Virus record (IMG/VR): IMGVR_UViG_3300023179_004209
Coordinates: 32,001 to 96,000 of that record
Source of the DNA: a virus
Taxonomy: Duplodnaviria; Heunggongvirae; Uroviricota; Caudoviricetes
DNA length: 64,000 bases
Strand: one strand, 5' to 3'
Part shown: one piece after another, positions 9,166 through 17,757 of the stretch
Layout of the letters: each line of letters begins with the position of its first letter
Position numbering within the stretch: position 1 is the first letter of the stretch
Notes under the pieces: generated by a model
Seen by the model: the letters and a program-made list of their open reading frames with translations, nothing else
Database searches by the model: none
What the model was told of the DNA's origin: nothing
Program-made: the position numbers and the translations under genes

Positions 9166-10782
9166 ATGTCAGAAGAAACATTTAATTTTAAAAAAGATAG
9201 ATTTCAAAAAATAATTGATAAAGACTGTATAGTAATCGATGTAGGCGCTCACATAGGATCTTTCTCAAAATTATTTGCAAAATGTGCAAAAAAAGTAATT
9301 GCATTTGAACCAAATAATTTTATCTTTCAAAGTCTAGAATCAAACTTAAAAAAAGAAAACTATTTAAATGTAGATACATATAACTTAGCATGTACCGAAG
9401 AAAATAAAAAGTACATATTCAATTATAGCGACCCTAAAATACATAAAGAAGGTTCTAATGGAGGATTCTTGACAAATTTGGAAAATAAAGGGTTTTGTAA
9501 ACATCATTCATATGAACAAGAAGTAAATGGTGTAAATTTATTAGATTTCATCGAAAAAAATTATAAATCTGACATTGATAATATCAAATTTATTAAAATT
9601 GATGCAGAAGGATATGATAAAGAAATATTAAAAACCATAATTCCTTTAATCAATAAAAATAAACCTGTTCTAATGGTAGAAGCATTTAGGTTCTTAACAG
9701 AATTAGAACTTGAAGATTATTTCAACGTCATAGATAAATTAGGATACAAAATATATGATATATCTCCATTAGACAATATCGTTGATTGTGCAGGACCATT
9801 AGATCAAGATGAATTTAAGTATTTTACATACAATGTATGTGATAATGGCAATTTCTTATGCGTACATAAAGATGACATCAAAAAATATAATTTGCCGGAT
9901 AAAGTAAAGGGTAAAACATGTGTTGTTGTTTTTGGTAGAAACGATGGTTATAAAGAAAAGGATCGTTTCAAAATTCATATTACCAAAATGTTGGAAACAT
10001 TTGATGAAGTAATTTATGTTGATTGGAATTCGGAAAAACAAAGTTTCTTATATGAGATCATCGATGAAATTCCTAAAACAGGAAGATTAAAACATTTTGT
10101 AATCGAACCAAAAATTGCTAAAATTTTAGAAAATTACGATCCAAATGCACAAGCATGTTCTACTGTATTTTCTTTTAATATAGGAATTAGAAGAACGGAT
10201 GCCGAATATATAGTTTTATCTACAACAGATATTATTCCTCCAACAAAAGAAATTCTTCAAGAATTTATTAAAAAAACAAATAAGCATACAATGTATGTTT
10301 TGAGTAGAAGAGATATTGAATATAAAGATGTAATTGATAATAAAAACAATATAAATGATTATATCGACTATTTAAATCATACAAGTAAACCGAGGTATTT
10401 TCCTGCAAAAGTAACTCCAAATGACAATTATAGTTTATTTAATTGTTGTGGCGACTTTCAATTTGCAACAAAAAATATTTGGTTAAAAGTTAGAGGATAC
10501 GAGGAAGAAATGAAATATGCATGTTTCGTTGATACAAATGTCCAGAAAAAATCTGTGTTATATGGATTTCAATTAAAAGATATATATGATATTCCTTTAT
10601 ATCATATGAGTCATACAGGAATGTCAAACGATGGAACTTCCCCCAGTAAAAAGTTTTACAATAATGCAATGGATTGGGTGGAATATTTCGATAAATATAT
10701 TATGCACGAACATATAATGATATCTAGAAACGAAGATTCATGGGGATTTTCAGAAACCGAAATCGAATACGAAATAATATGA
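9166..10782 (+). CDS. FkbM-family methyltransferase fused to a GT-A-like domain
   Basis: IDVGAHIG, AFEPN, FIKIDAEGYD; C-half GRNDGY...VDWNS...NIGIRR...TTDII...GDFQ. Confidence 0.8.
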   Translation: MSEETFNFKKDRFQKIIDKDCIVIDVGAHIGSFSKLFAKCAKKVIAFEPNNFIFQSLESNLKKENYLNVDTYNLACTEENKKYIFNYSDPKIHKEGSNGGFLTNLENKGFCKHHSYEQEVNGVNLLDFIEKNYKSDIDNIKFIKIDAEGYDKEILKTIIPLINKNKPVLMVEAFRFLTELELEDYFNVIDKLGYKIYDISPLDNIVDCAGPLDQDEFKYFTYNVCDNGNFLCVHKDDIKKYNLPDKVKGKTCVVVFGRNDGYKEKDRFKIHITKMLETFDEVIYVDWNSEKQSFLYEIIDEIPKTGRLKHFVIEPKIAKILENYDPNAQACSTVFSFNIGIRRTDAEYIVLSTTDIIPPTKEILQEFIKKTNKHTMYVLSRRDIEYKDVIDNKNNINDYIDYLNHTSKPRYFPAKVTPNDNYSLFNCCGDFQFATKNIWLKVRGYEEEMKYACFVDTNVQKKSVLYGFQLKDIYDIPLYHMSHTGMSNDGTSPSKKFYNNAMDWVEYFDKYIMHEHIMISRNEDSWGFSETEIEYEII

Positions 10783-11948
10783 AAAATGTAATTATCGTAG
10801 GCGGCGGAATCGTTGGATTGGCCGTAGCATATAAACTATCTTCCAATAAAAATTTAAACATTATAGTATTAGAAAAAGAAAACGATCTAGGACAACATCA
10901 AAGTACTCACAATAGCGGTGTATTACACTGTGGTTTATACTATAAACCTGGTTCATTAAAAGCAATATTATCTGTCGAAGGCATTAAACAAATGACAGAA
11001 TTTTGTAAAAAATACAATATTCCACATGAAATATGCGGAAAATTAGTAGTGTCTACAAATCAAGAAGAATCCGTAAAATTAAATGAATTGTTTGAACGTG
11101 GAACAAAAAACGGATTAAAAAATCTTAGAAAATTAAACAAACAACAAATGCTTGAAATTGAACCAAATGTAGGAGGAATTGAAGCTCTACATGTTCCACA
11201 AGAAGGAATTGTTGATTATAAAAAAGTAATACAAAAATTATCAGAACTAATTACGAACAATGGACATACAATAAAATTAAACTCCAAAGTAATTAATATT
11301 ACTAAAGATAAAGTATTTGTTGAAAACGAACAATTTAATTACGACATTTTAATCAATTGTACAGGATTACATTCTGATAAAATCTCAAAATTCACTACTA
11401 AAATTAAATCAAAAATTGTTCCATTTAGAGGTGAGTATTATAAACTAAAACCAGAATCAGAACATTTAGTTAAAAATCTAATATATCCAGTGCCCGATCC
11501 TAAGTATCCATTCTTAGGGGTTCATTTTACTAGATTAATTAATGGAGGCATTGAAGCTGGTCCAAATGCAGTATTAGCATTCTCTAGAGAAGGATATTCG
11601 TTGTTCGATATAAATCTAATTGATATCTTTGATTATGTCACTTTTAAAGGATTTTGGAAATTTATATTCAAACACAAATACATGTGTTTTAAAGAATTAC
11701 ACCAATCGATCAGCAAAAAACAATTTGCCAAAGCATTACAAAAATTAGTACCAAATATTAAAGAAAACGATTTGATTAAAGGAGATGCAGGCGTAAGAGC
11801 CCAAGCAATGTCAAATACAGGAGAATTAATTCAAGATTTTGAAATAGTTATTAAAGATAATGTATGTAATGTTATAAACTGTCCAAGTCCAGCAGCAACA
11901 TCGTCTTTATCAATTGCAGATTATATCATCAAACAAATTAAATTATGA
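10779..11948 (+). CDS. lhgO: L-2-hydroxyglutarate oxidase
   Basis: GGGIVG, HQSTHNSGVLHCGLYYKPGSLKA, PFRGEY, IYPVPDPKYPFLGVHFT, SPAATSSL; start ATG 10779 overlaps upstream stop. Confidence 0.9.
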   Translation: MKNVIIVGGGIVGLAVAYKLSSNKNLNIIVLEKENDLGQHQSTHNSGVLHCGLYYKPGSLKAILSVEGIKQMTEFCKKYNIPHEICGKLVVSTNQEESVKLNELFERGTKNGLKNLRKLNKQQMLEIEPNVGGIEALHVPQEGIVDYKKVIQKLSELITNNGHTIKLNSKVINITKDKVFVENEQFNYDILINCTGLHSDKISKFTTKIKSKIVPFRGEYYKLKPESEHLVKNLIYPVPDPKYPFLGVHFTRLINGGIEAGPNAVLAFSREGYSLFDINLIDIFDYVTFKGFWKFIFKHKYMCFKELHQSISKKQFAKALQKLVPNIKENDLIKGDAGVRAQAMSNTGELIQDFEIVIKDNVCNVINCPSPAATSSLSIADYIIKQIKL

Positions 11949-12277
11949 TTGGAATTATATTTATATACACCTTCATATTAATAATATGGTTCAATACTGA
12001 AGCATTTGTTGAATACAGTCACTTATTAAGACTTAAATGGTTTAAAGTAAATGACTATTTAAATACAAAAGAAACAGATTTTACCCTTACATATCACTCA
12101 TACCTATTACAAAAACATAATAGTTTTTTTATTAGATTGATTACGTGTCCATTTTGTTTGAATTTTTGGTTGATTTTAATAGGAAAATTTATTTTTGGTT
12201 ATTCGTTTCTAGAAATACCTACTATTTATGTAACATCACTAATTACATATTTTATATTCAATAAGTTATCGCCATGA
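11945..12277 (+). CDS. Small membrane protein, DUF1360-like
   Basis: Hydrophobic segments and LITCPFCLNFW motif. Confidence 0.55.
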   Translation: MIGIIFIYTFILIIWFNTEAFVEYSHLLRLKWFKVNDYLNTKETDFTLTYHSYLLQKHNSFFIRLITCPFCLNFWLILIGKFIFGYSFLEIPTIYVTSLITYFIFNKLSP

Positions 12278-12561
12278 GAATCTCCAATTTGAATGAATTA
12301 TACAACTATATCAAAACTAAAGAACCATTAACATCCAATGGAAGTTTAATGCAATTGTGTGCCTGTGTAGATCAATTTAAAAATATATGCAGTTGTAAAG
12401 CAAAAGAAAAAGGTCAAAAATTATTTGACTGTAATAACAAATATGTATCTACAATAAATAACATTGACCAACCAACTATAGATTTACTACTGTCAGTATC
12501 AGAAGATAAAACAATAGAATTTTATGATAACTCAAACTATATCAGAACTATTTCAGTATAG
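12274..12561 (+). CDS. Hypothetical Cys-containing protein
   Basis: ATGA-coupled last gene of the + operon; overlaps the convergent gene by 14 nt. Confidence 0.6.
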   Translation: MRISNLNELYNYIKTKEPLTSNGSLMQLCACVDQFKNICSCKAKEKGQKLFDCNNKYVSTINNIDQPTIDLLLSVSEDKTIEFYDNSNYIRTISV

Positions 12562-13198
12562 TCTTAAGACAATCTTCTACAATAAGATTTAAATTTGGAT
12601 TACTAATCAAATCATTGTGATTTTTATCAGTAACTATTTGTTCCCATTCAACCTTATAATCAGCAAGAATTCTAATTTTAGGATCATTCAACGCTTCATG
12701 TTGATTAGGAGCTTCTCCATAAATCTTCTTACTCTTATCATTAATTCTATAATGTCTTCCATCAGATGGAAATCCATATGTATATTTACTAATATGTACT
12801 AACTTACCACCCAATTGTTTTTTCAACCAAAATACTTCATCATCAACATATTCTATATAACGTATATCACTGATAAAGTTTACATCGTTGGTATCTTTCT
12901 TTAATTCTTCATGTAACAATCCCGTCCAATATTTGCCTTCAGTCTGTTTTCGTTTTACACCACCATACCATACCAACATTTCTCTAAAAGCATTCTTGTC
13001 TTCGGTCTTTTCACTAAAAGCACTTAATCCTAACTTTTCTTGAATAAATGGTTCACAGTCTTTTTTCAAGAAATATGCAAGTGCATATGTTTTGGATGTC
13101 AAATTATACTTTTCTTTTAAGACCTTTTGCGCAATATCACAAAATAAATTCTTACCACTTCTAGCAAATCCAGATACTCCTATATAAATTTTATTCAT
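12548..13198 (-). CDS. Deoxynucleoside monophosphate kinase (T4 gp1-like)
   Basis: P-loop GFARSGKN, ALAYFLK, REMLVWYG, ISDIRY. Confidence 0.7.
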   Translation of the reverse strand: MNKIYIGVSGFARSGKNLFCDIAQKVLKEKYNLTSKTYALAYFLKKDCEPFIQEKLGLSAFSEKTEDKNAFREMLVWYGGVKRKQTEGKYWTGLLHEELKKDTNDVNFISDIRYIEYVDDEVFWLKKQLGGKLVHISKYTYGFPSDGRHYRINDKSKKIYGEAPNQHEALNDPKIRILADYKVEWEQIVTDKNHNDLISNPNLNLIVEDCLKTILK

Positions 13199-13718
13199 TT
13201 TCCATCAACCCTTCTATTTCTTTCTCTGATTTACCATACTGTTTACATATATCAATCAGACTATTAATACCACTTTCCGTTCTGAAAAATAGTACACAAT
13301 AACTATAGGCATCATCTTTGCTAACCTCAAATTTATTTGCAACCAATTGAATTAAATCTTTGTTGATTTTAACCTTATTGGGTTTAATCCATTTACAAAA
13401 CCGTCTACCATGTGGTACAAAATCGCACAATACCTTATAAAGGTGTTTCTCAGGTAAGATGTCAAAGTACTTGGATACAAACGCAATCTCTTCAATAATG
13501 ATTTGATCCATACTAAGACCCATCAACAATGTATACTTATTGAATGATTTAATATCTGCAGCAGTAAGTGTATCAAAATACTTAGGATTCTTAACTTCTC
13601 TAATTTGAGAGATGTGATCAAATAAAGATTTAGTCTTCGTTAAGTTCTGCGTCTCTTCGTTCGATTGATTTGAATCGTTCTTTGAGAGAGGGGTTTTTTG
13701 TTTTTTGGGTCTTCCCAT
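13191..13718 (-). CDS. Clamp-loader small subunit (T4 gp62-like)
   Basis: LFDHISQI...FNKY...LSM...RRFCKWIK...LVANKFEVSKDDA pattern. Confidence 0.6.
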   Translation of the reverse strand: MGRPKKQKTPLSKNDSNQSNEETQNLTKTKSLFDHISQIREVKNPKYFDTLTAADIKSFNKYTLLMGLSMDQIIIEEIAFVSKYFDILPEKHLYKVLCDFVPHGRRFCKWIKPNKVKINKDLIQLVANKFEVSKDDAYSYCVLFFRTESGINSLIDICKQYGKSEKEIEGLMENE

Positions 13719-13989
13719 AATGATTATTGATTCTTGCTCTTAAAGCGTTAATAACCGATAATACAGTCTTTTGATTCAAATACAAGGTATTTAATTCCTT
13801 TTCCAATTTTTTCTTGTCGTCATTAATACTAATGAGAATCACGTTTTTGTATTCTTCTAACTTATAACTCAAATAAAAAGAATGTAACGCCAACCACATT
13901 ACTGCGAATGGCGTTACACTCTGAAACTTAAGCGATAATGAAAATAATACTACATTAATTATTAATACAATTATTGATTTAATATTCAT
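13630..13989 (-). CDS. Membrane protein with C-terminal coiled coil
   Basis: Two N-terminal hydrophobic helices, charged tail. Confidence 0.55.
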   Translation of the reverse strand: MNIKSIIVLIINVVLFSLSLKFQSVTPFAVMWLALHSFYLSYKLEEYKNVILISINDDKKKLEKELNTLYLNQKTVLSVINALRARINNHYGKTQKTKNPSLKERFKSIERRDAELNED

Positions 13990-14128
13990 TATCTACTTCA
14001 TCTTGGTAATTTCTTACCTTCCCTCCTTTATTTAAATATGGTTTATTTACCTTTGACAATTTTTTATTTTTCTTAAACTTAGAACTTTTAGTCCTAAATT
14101 CATTGTCTCTTCTAAATGTTTTTCCCAT
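13979..14128 (-). CDS. Small basic protein (49 aa, MGKTFRRDNEF...DNEY), absent from ORF track
   Basis: ATG 14128 to TAA 13979 fills the gap between neighbours and overlaps the next start. Confidence 0.65.
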   Translation of the reverse strand: MGKTFRRDNEFRTKSSKFKKNKKLSKVNKPYLNKGGKVRNYQDEVDNEY

Positions 14129-14142
14129 ACTCAAACTAAAGA

Positions 14143-14352
14143 TTACTTAACACGGGAAGCAGTAGCAAGAACCTTGCGTAGTGCCTTAACTTGACGACCA
14201 TTCAAATCAATACGAGTCTTGCCATTACGAATGGTCAAACGAGTACCAGCTCGCTTGGTTCCAGCAAATGGATACGAGATGAATGTTTCTACCTTAGCAG
14301 CACTATTATACACGAAGTTAGTCTGCATCTTGTTGTTTTTACGAATAATCAT
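14143..14352 (-). CDS. Small basic early protein, possibly nucleic-acid binding
   Basis: R/K rich; downstream of a sigma70-like promoter; start may be the second Met (MQTNF). Confidence 0.65.
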   Translation of the reverse strand: MIIRKNNKMQTNFVYNSAAKVETFISYPFAGTKRAGTRLTIRNGKTRIDLNGRQVKALRKVLATASRVK

Positions 14353-14413
14353 AACTTTATTTATTTTATTTATTTGTTTTATGTTTCGTTAGTTTCATTA
14401 CTAACTTGAGATT

Positions 14414-14442
14414 ACTTTACACCATGTTCACCGTTTCGTCAA
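14414..14442 (-). promoter_or_regulatory. Sigma70-like early promoter
   Basis: TTGACG-N17-TAAAGT on - strand. Confidence 0.65.
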
Positions 14443-14453
14443 CATCTTTTTAA

Positions 14454-15368
14454 TTATAATTTGAATTCTTTTTCAAACCGTTCAATAGCATAATCTTTAG
14501 CCTTGAATTCGAATTCATAGTCAACATTATCCATGTCAACATATTCTTCAGGAATACTACGAACATAATCACCATGCGCACGAGGGTTTTTATTGGTAGT
14601 ATCATTATCGCTAAAATGAAACAGTGGACGATAACTACCCCATGTTGAAATTGCCAACTTCATTGCATCTTTAGCAGTCAACTTGCCAGTATTACATCGG
14701 TAGTGTAAATTATCATAAGTAATAGGAATACCAGTACTTGAATAAATCAAATCATACAATTCTTCTACTTTCCAACTATTGGGTTTGTCCTCATTCTCAA
14801 GAACAAGTCGAGATTTTACATTTACAGGAAAATCATTGTATACATCAATAAACCGTTTAGCAATATCTTTGGTATCACCCTTGTAACAATTCATATGAAT
14901 ATTCATTGGAGCTTCATATGATTGAGGTAAACCAAACAAATCCATAATTGTAGCATGATTTTTTAGTTCTACAATTGATTTTTCTACTACAGATTTGGTA
15001 GCACTTGCAGGTACAACAAATTGATCGGGATGTGTACTACACCGTAAATTATTTTTTTTGATAATATCTGCACCACGCTTGAATTCGGCATAAATACGAT
15101 CTTTATCGGGAAGAACATCAAATGATAGATTTGCTTCTGGCAAAGTAGCCAATGGAAACAAGTCACTACTAATTCTATAGTTCCAACCTTTACTTGCACA
15201 AAATGCAAATGTATTCACTGCAACATGTACATTGTTAAGTGTTCGTTGTGAAATAGTAGATAAAGCACTTTTACGTTCCAATGCCAAGAACCTAGTCTTG
15301 GTCATAGTATTCGCTTTATAACCTTTTTCTTGAAGTTGAAGAGAAATACAACACAATGATTTTTTCAT
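14454..15368 (-). CDS. uvsE: UV damage endonuclease
   Basis: LCCISL, YRISSDLFP, HPDQF, LVLENED, YDNLH, PLFHFS, AHGDY, EFKAKD. Confidence 0.9.
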   Translation of the reverse strand: MKKSLCCISLQLQEKGYKANTMTKTRFLALERKSALSTISQRTLNNVHVAVNTFAFCASKGWNYRISSDLFPLATLPEANLSFDVLPDKDRIYAEFKRGADIIKKNNLRCSTHPDQFVVPASATKSVVEKSIVELKNHATIMDLFGLPQSYEAPMNIHMNCYKGDTKDIAKRFIDVYNDFPVNVKSRLVLENEDKPNSWKVEELYDLIYSSTGIPITYDNLHYRCNTGKLTAKDAMKLAISTWGSYRPLFHFSDNDTTNKNPRAHGDYVRSIPEEYVDMDNVDYEFEFKAKDYAIERFEKEFKL

Positions 15369-15375
15369 TGTTTAT

Positions 15376-15404
15376 ACCTTACCATAAAAATATAAAAATG
15401 TCAA
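15376..15404 (-). promoter_or_regulatory. Sigma70-like promoter, probably giving a near-leaderless uvsE mRNA
   Basis: TTGACA-N17-(TGg)TAAGGT ending 7 nt before the ATG. Confidence 0.65.
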
Positions 15405-15408
15405 GAAC

Positions 15409-15789
15409 TTAATAGTAAGTATATGGAATTGGACAAGCAGCACATGTACTGTCAAATGGACAAGTATATCCCAAAAATTTCCAAGTCTTTTCAGTAGAAG
15501 AACTATTTTTAATCCAAGTGGCTTTTTTATTTATTCCACTTGTAAGTAATCCACTTTTTGCATCTACAACGGATTTAAAATAACTAGAAATATTGGTAAA
15601 TTCAGTATCACTATTTGTTCTGTATAATATATCCTTGCCATCTTTTACCAATACAGTACCGATGTCACCGTCAAAAATTCCATCAGGACTATCATCTACA
15701 TATGTAGCGTCAGTCTGATTCAATGAATTAGAAGCTAATTTATTGATAAACTTAGGAAATCTATTATCTTTGATGAAATTGACTATCAT
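15409..15789 (-). CDS. Hypothetical protein (putative late gene)
   Basis: 126 aa; TATTTATA 6 nt before ATG; C-terminal Cys cluster. Confidence 0.6.
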   Translation of the reverse strand: MIVNFIKDNRFPKFINKLASNSLNQTDATYVDDSPDGIFDGDIGTVLVKDGKDILYRTNSDTEFTNISSYFKSVVDAKSGLLTSGINKKATWIKNSSSTEKTWKFLGYTCPFDSTCAACPIPYTYY

Positions 15790-15808
15790 TTGTTATATAA
15801 ATATATAA

Positions 15809-16990
15809 CTATCGTCCAACTTCATTAAAAAACTTTGATTTAGCTTCATCATAAGTCATTCCTATCATTTTGTTATAATATAGAATATCAGACTTAATAT
15901 TACCTTCACTATGAAGTTTTTTATATCTTTCTATAGCTTTTGGTTTCCACCAGTCCAAAACACCTTGTACATCCTTTTTAAACAATTCTTTTAACTTCAA
16001 ATCCTTTTCAGTTATCTTGTTTTGTAAGAATTCTTTGGTATTTTCATAAAAACAACTATAATATACTCCTCTTTCATATCCATGAGTATAATCATTAACT
16101 TTAATTCCCAAAGTCTTGAATATCATATTAATGATTCTGTTTTTAGCACCAGTTACAGGTCCACTTACACCCTCTTTTTGAGTCATTGCTTTATTATACT
16201 GATCCGATTTATTATCTTTTAACCATTGATGCCATACATCATATACACTATCATCTGGTTTAATCATCATTTTACCAGTGCTTGATCCACACTTATGCCA
16301 CCATTTAAGACTATTATACATACTATAACTACCATACAATGATGTGGTAGTCATGCCAACCAATTCTTCATCATATAGTTTCTTCCAAATTTCTCTGGTT
16401 TTAGAAGTGGTAATCAATGCAGCTACTAACTTACCACCCAAGAAATTATAACCAAATGGTTGGGTACTCATAATACAACTACCAATTGCACTATGTACCA
16501 ATCGTTTATCCTTTAATTTATTATCTGCAGTCCATCCAATGTAATTATCTCTATCCGTAATTAGAATTACATCACTGGATATACTTACCGCACCCAAATA
16601 TCGTGGATTATCTACATTACCATCCGTAATCAATAGTTTAATGAATCTACCAGGCGTTTGTGCATACTCCATAGTATGGCAAAACAATCTCAACATCAAC
16701 CAATCTTGTTCGTATGCACTTCCAGCAGTAACATGAACTATGGTAGGATTTAAATTTTCAATTTCTTTGATTGTTGATTCTACATTATTAATATTTGTAG
16801 GAGTCCAAATCTTAGCTTTTACAATGCCAGATTTATTTAAAAAATCTTTATATGTTTGTACTTCTACCCACTTCTTATAGAATGTCTGTTCTTCAGCAGA
16901 CATACTCTTTAGATAATCCATGTTTTTGATAAACTTAGATTTCTCCAATTCAAATTCAAACTCACCAGCATCAAAAAATTCGTTTCCCAT
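15809..16990 (-). CDS. DUF4338 / DruA-like protein
   Basis: PGRFIKLLI, RDNYIGW, QPFGYNFLGGKLVA, TTTSLYG..SMYN motifs. Confidence 0.7.
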   Translation of the reverse strand: MGNEFFDAGEFEFELEKSKFIKNMDYLKSMSAEEQTFYKKWVEVQTYKDFLNKSGIVKAKIWTPTNINNVESTIKEIENLNPTIVHVTAGSAYEQDWLMLRLFCHTMEYAQTPGRFIKLLITDGNVDNPRYLGAVSISSDVILITDRDNYIGWTADNKLKDKRLVHSAIGSCIMSTQPFGYNFLGGKLVAALITTSKTREIWKKLYDEELVGMTTTSLYGSYSMYNSLKWWHKCGSSTGKMMIKPDDSVYDVWHQWLKDNKSDQYNKAMTQKEGVSGPVTGAKNRIINMIFKTLGIKVNDYTHGYERGVYYSCFYENTKEFLQNKITEKDLKLKELFKKDVQGVLDWWKPKAIERYKKLHSEGNIKSDILYYNKMIGMTYDEAKSKFFNEVGR

Positions 16991-17003
16991 ATTTATATTT
17001 AGT

Positions 17004-17237
17004 ATGACATTTAAAAAACCAGATCCAACTCAAAAAGTATACCATTACATTGAGATAGATTCAACAACAATCGCTCTGTATGATAGCCAAATGGATCAAC
17101 CAATATCATACGGTAGCAAAGTAAAAATTCAAGTGGATATTAATAGACTTCTTCCAAAAGATATAACTATCTACTATTATACCCTAAAAGAATTAATAAA
17201 ATTAAAACCAATAAAACCATATATAGGTAAAAAATAA
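17004..17237 (+). CDS. Hypothetical protein (77 aa), lone + gene
   Basis: ATG 17004 preceded by TATTTATA; followed by a terminator hairpin. Confidence 0.55.
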   Translation: MTFKKPDPTQKVYHYIEIDSTTIALYDSQMDQPISYGSKVKIQVDINRLLPKDITIYYYTLKELIKLKPIKPYIGKK

Positions 17238-17238
17238 T

Positions 17239-17276
17239 GCCGTATGAATACATAAAGTACCCATACGGCGTTTTTA
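17239..17276. terminator. Intrinsic terminator between convergent genes, probably bidirectional
   Basis: GCCGTATG...CATACGGC stem with TTTTT downstream and an A-run upstream. Confidence 0.7.
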
Positions 17277-17289
17277 TGTATCTTACAGA

Positions 17290-17673
17290 TTAAGCAACTA
17301 CTTCGTTAGTCTTTGATTCAGTTACGGTTTCATGTTCAGTTGCACCAGACTCGGCCTTTACATCCAGAACATTTACAGTATTATACTTGTCAACAAGTAC
17401 AACACCAGCAGAACGAGCTGATGTAATAGCAGCTTCAGTTACTGGACTCATTGCGAAAGCAAGCTTAGGACGACCCTTACCACCATGTACAGTTCCGATT
17501 TGGGTTACAATACCCTCATCAAGAGCATTCTTCAAACGAACTCGTAGTGTAATCGCAATAAAATCTTTATTGAGATTAGTCAATTCACTTACACCAAAGT
17601 AAGTGTCGTTTGATGGCCAGGTTACAGTTAGGTTTGTCTTGTTCTTGCGGTCTGTCTTCTTAATATTACTCAT
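17290..17673 (-). CDS. Putative winged-helix DNA-binding protein
   Basis: ITLRVRLKNALDEGIV..IG...GKGRPKLAF resembles a recognition helix plus GRP wing. Confidence 0.55.
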   Translation of the reverse strand: MSNIKKTDRKNKTNLTVTWPSNDTYFGVSELTNLNKDFIAITLRVRLKNALDEGIVTQIGTVHGGKGRPKLAFAMSPVTEAAITSARSAGVVLVDKYNTVNVLDVKAESGATEHETVTESKTNEVVA

Positions 17674-17728
17674 ATATTTAGTTTTGTTTTTTGTTTATGT
17701 TTACTGGTTGAATCTCAACCTTGAAAAT

Positions 17729-17757
17729 ACTTTATATTATATCCTCCGAAATGTCAA
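17729..17757 (-). promoter_or_regulatory. Sigma70-like early promoter
   Basis: TTGACA-N17-TAAAGT on - strand. Confidence 0.65.

Noticed and set aside
47-12561. Host chromosomal O-antigen locus flanking a prophage
   Set aside because: No wzx/wzy/ABC exporter, integrase or att site; similar AT-richness and a direct overlap with the phage dNMP kinase gene. Read support at the junction is still worth confirming.
15809-16990. Druantia defence system
   Set aside because: Only a DruA-like gene; no DruE helicase or other dru genes.
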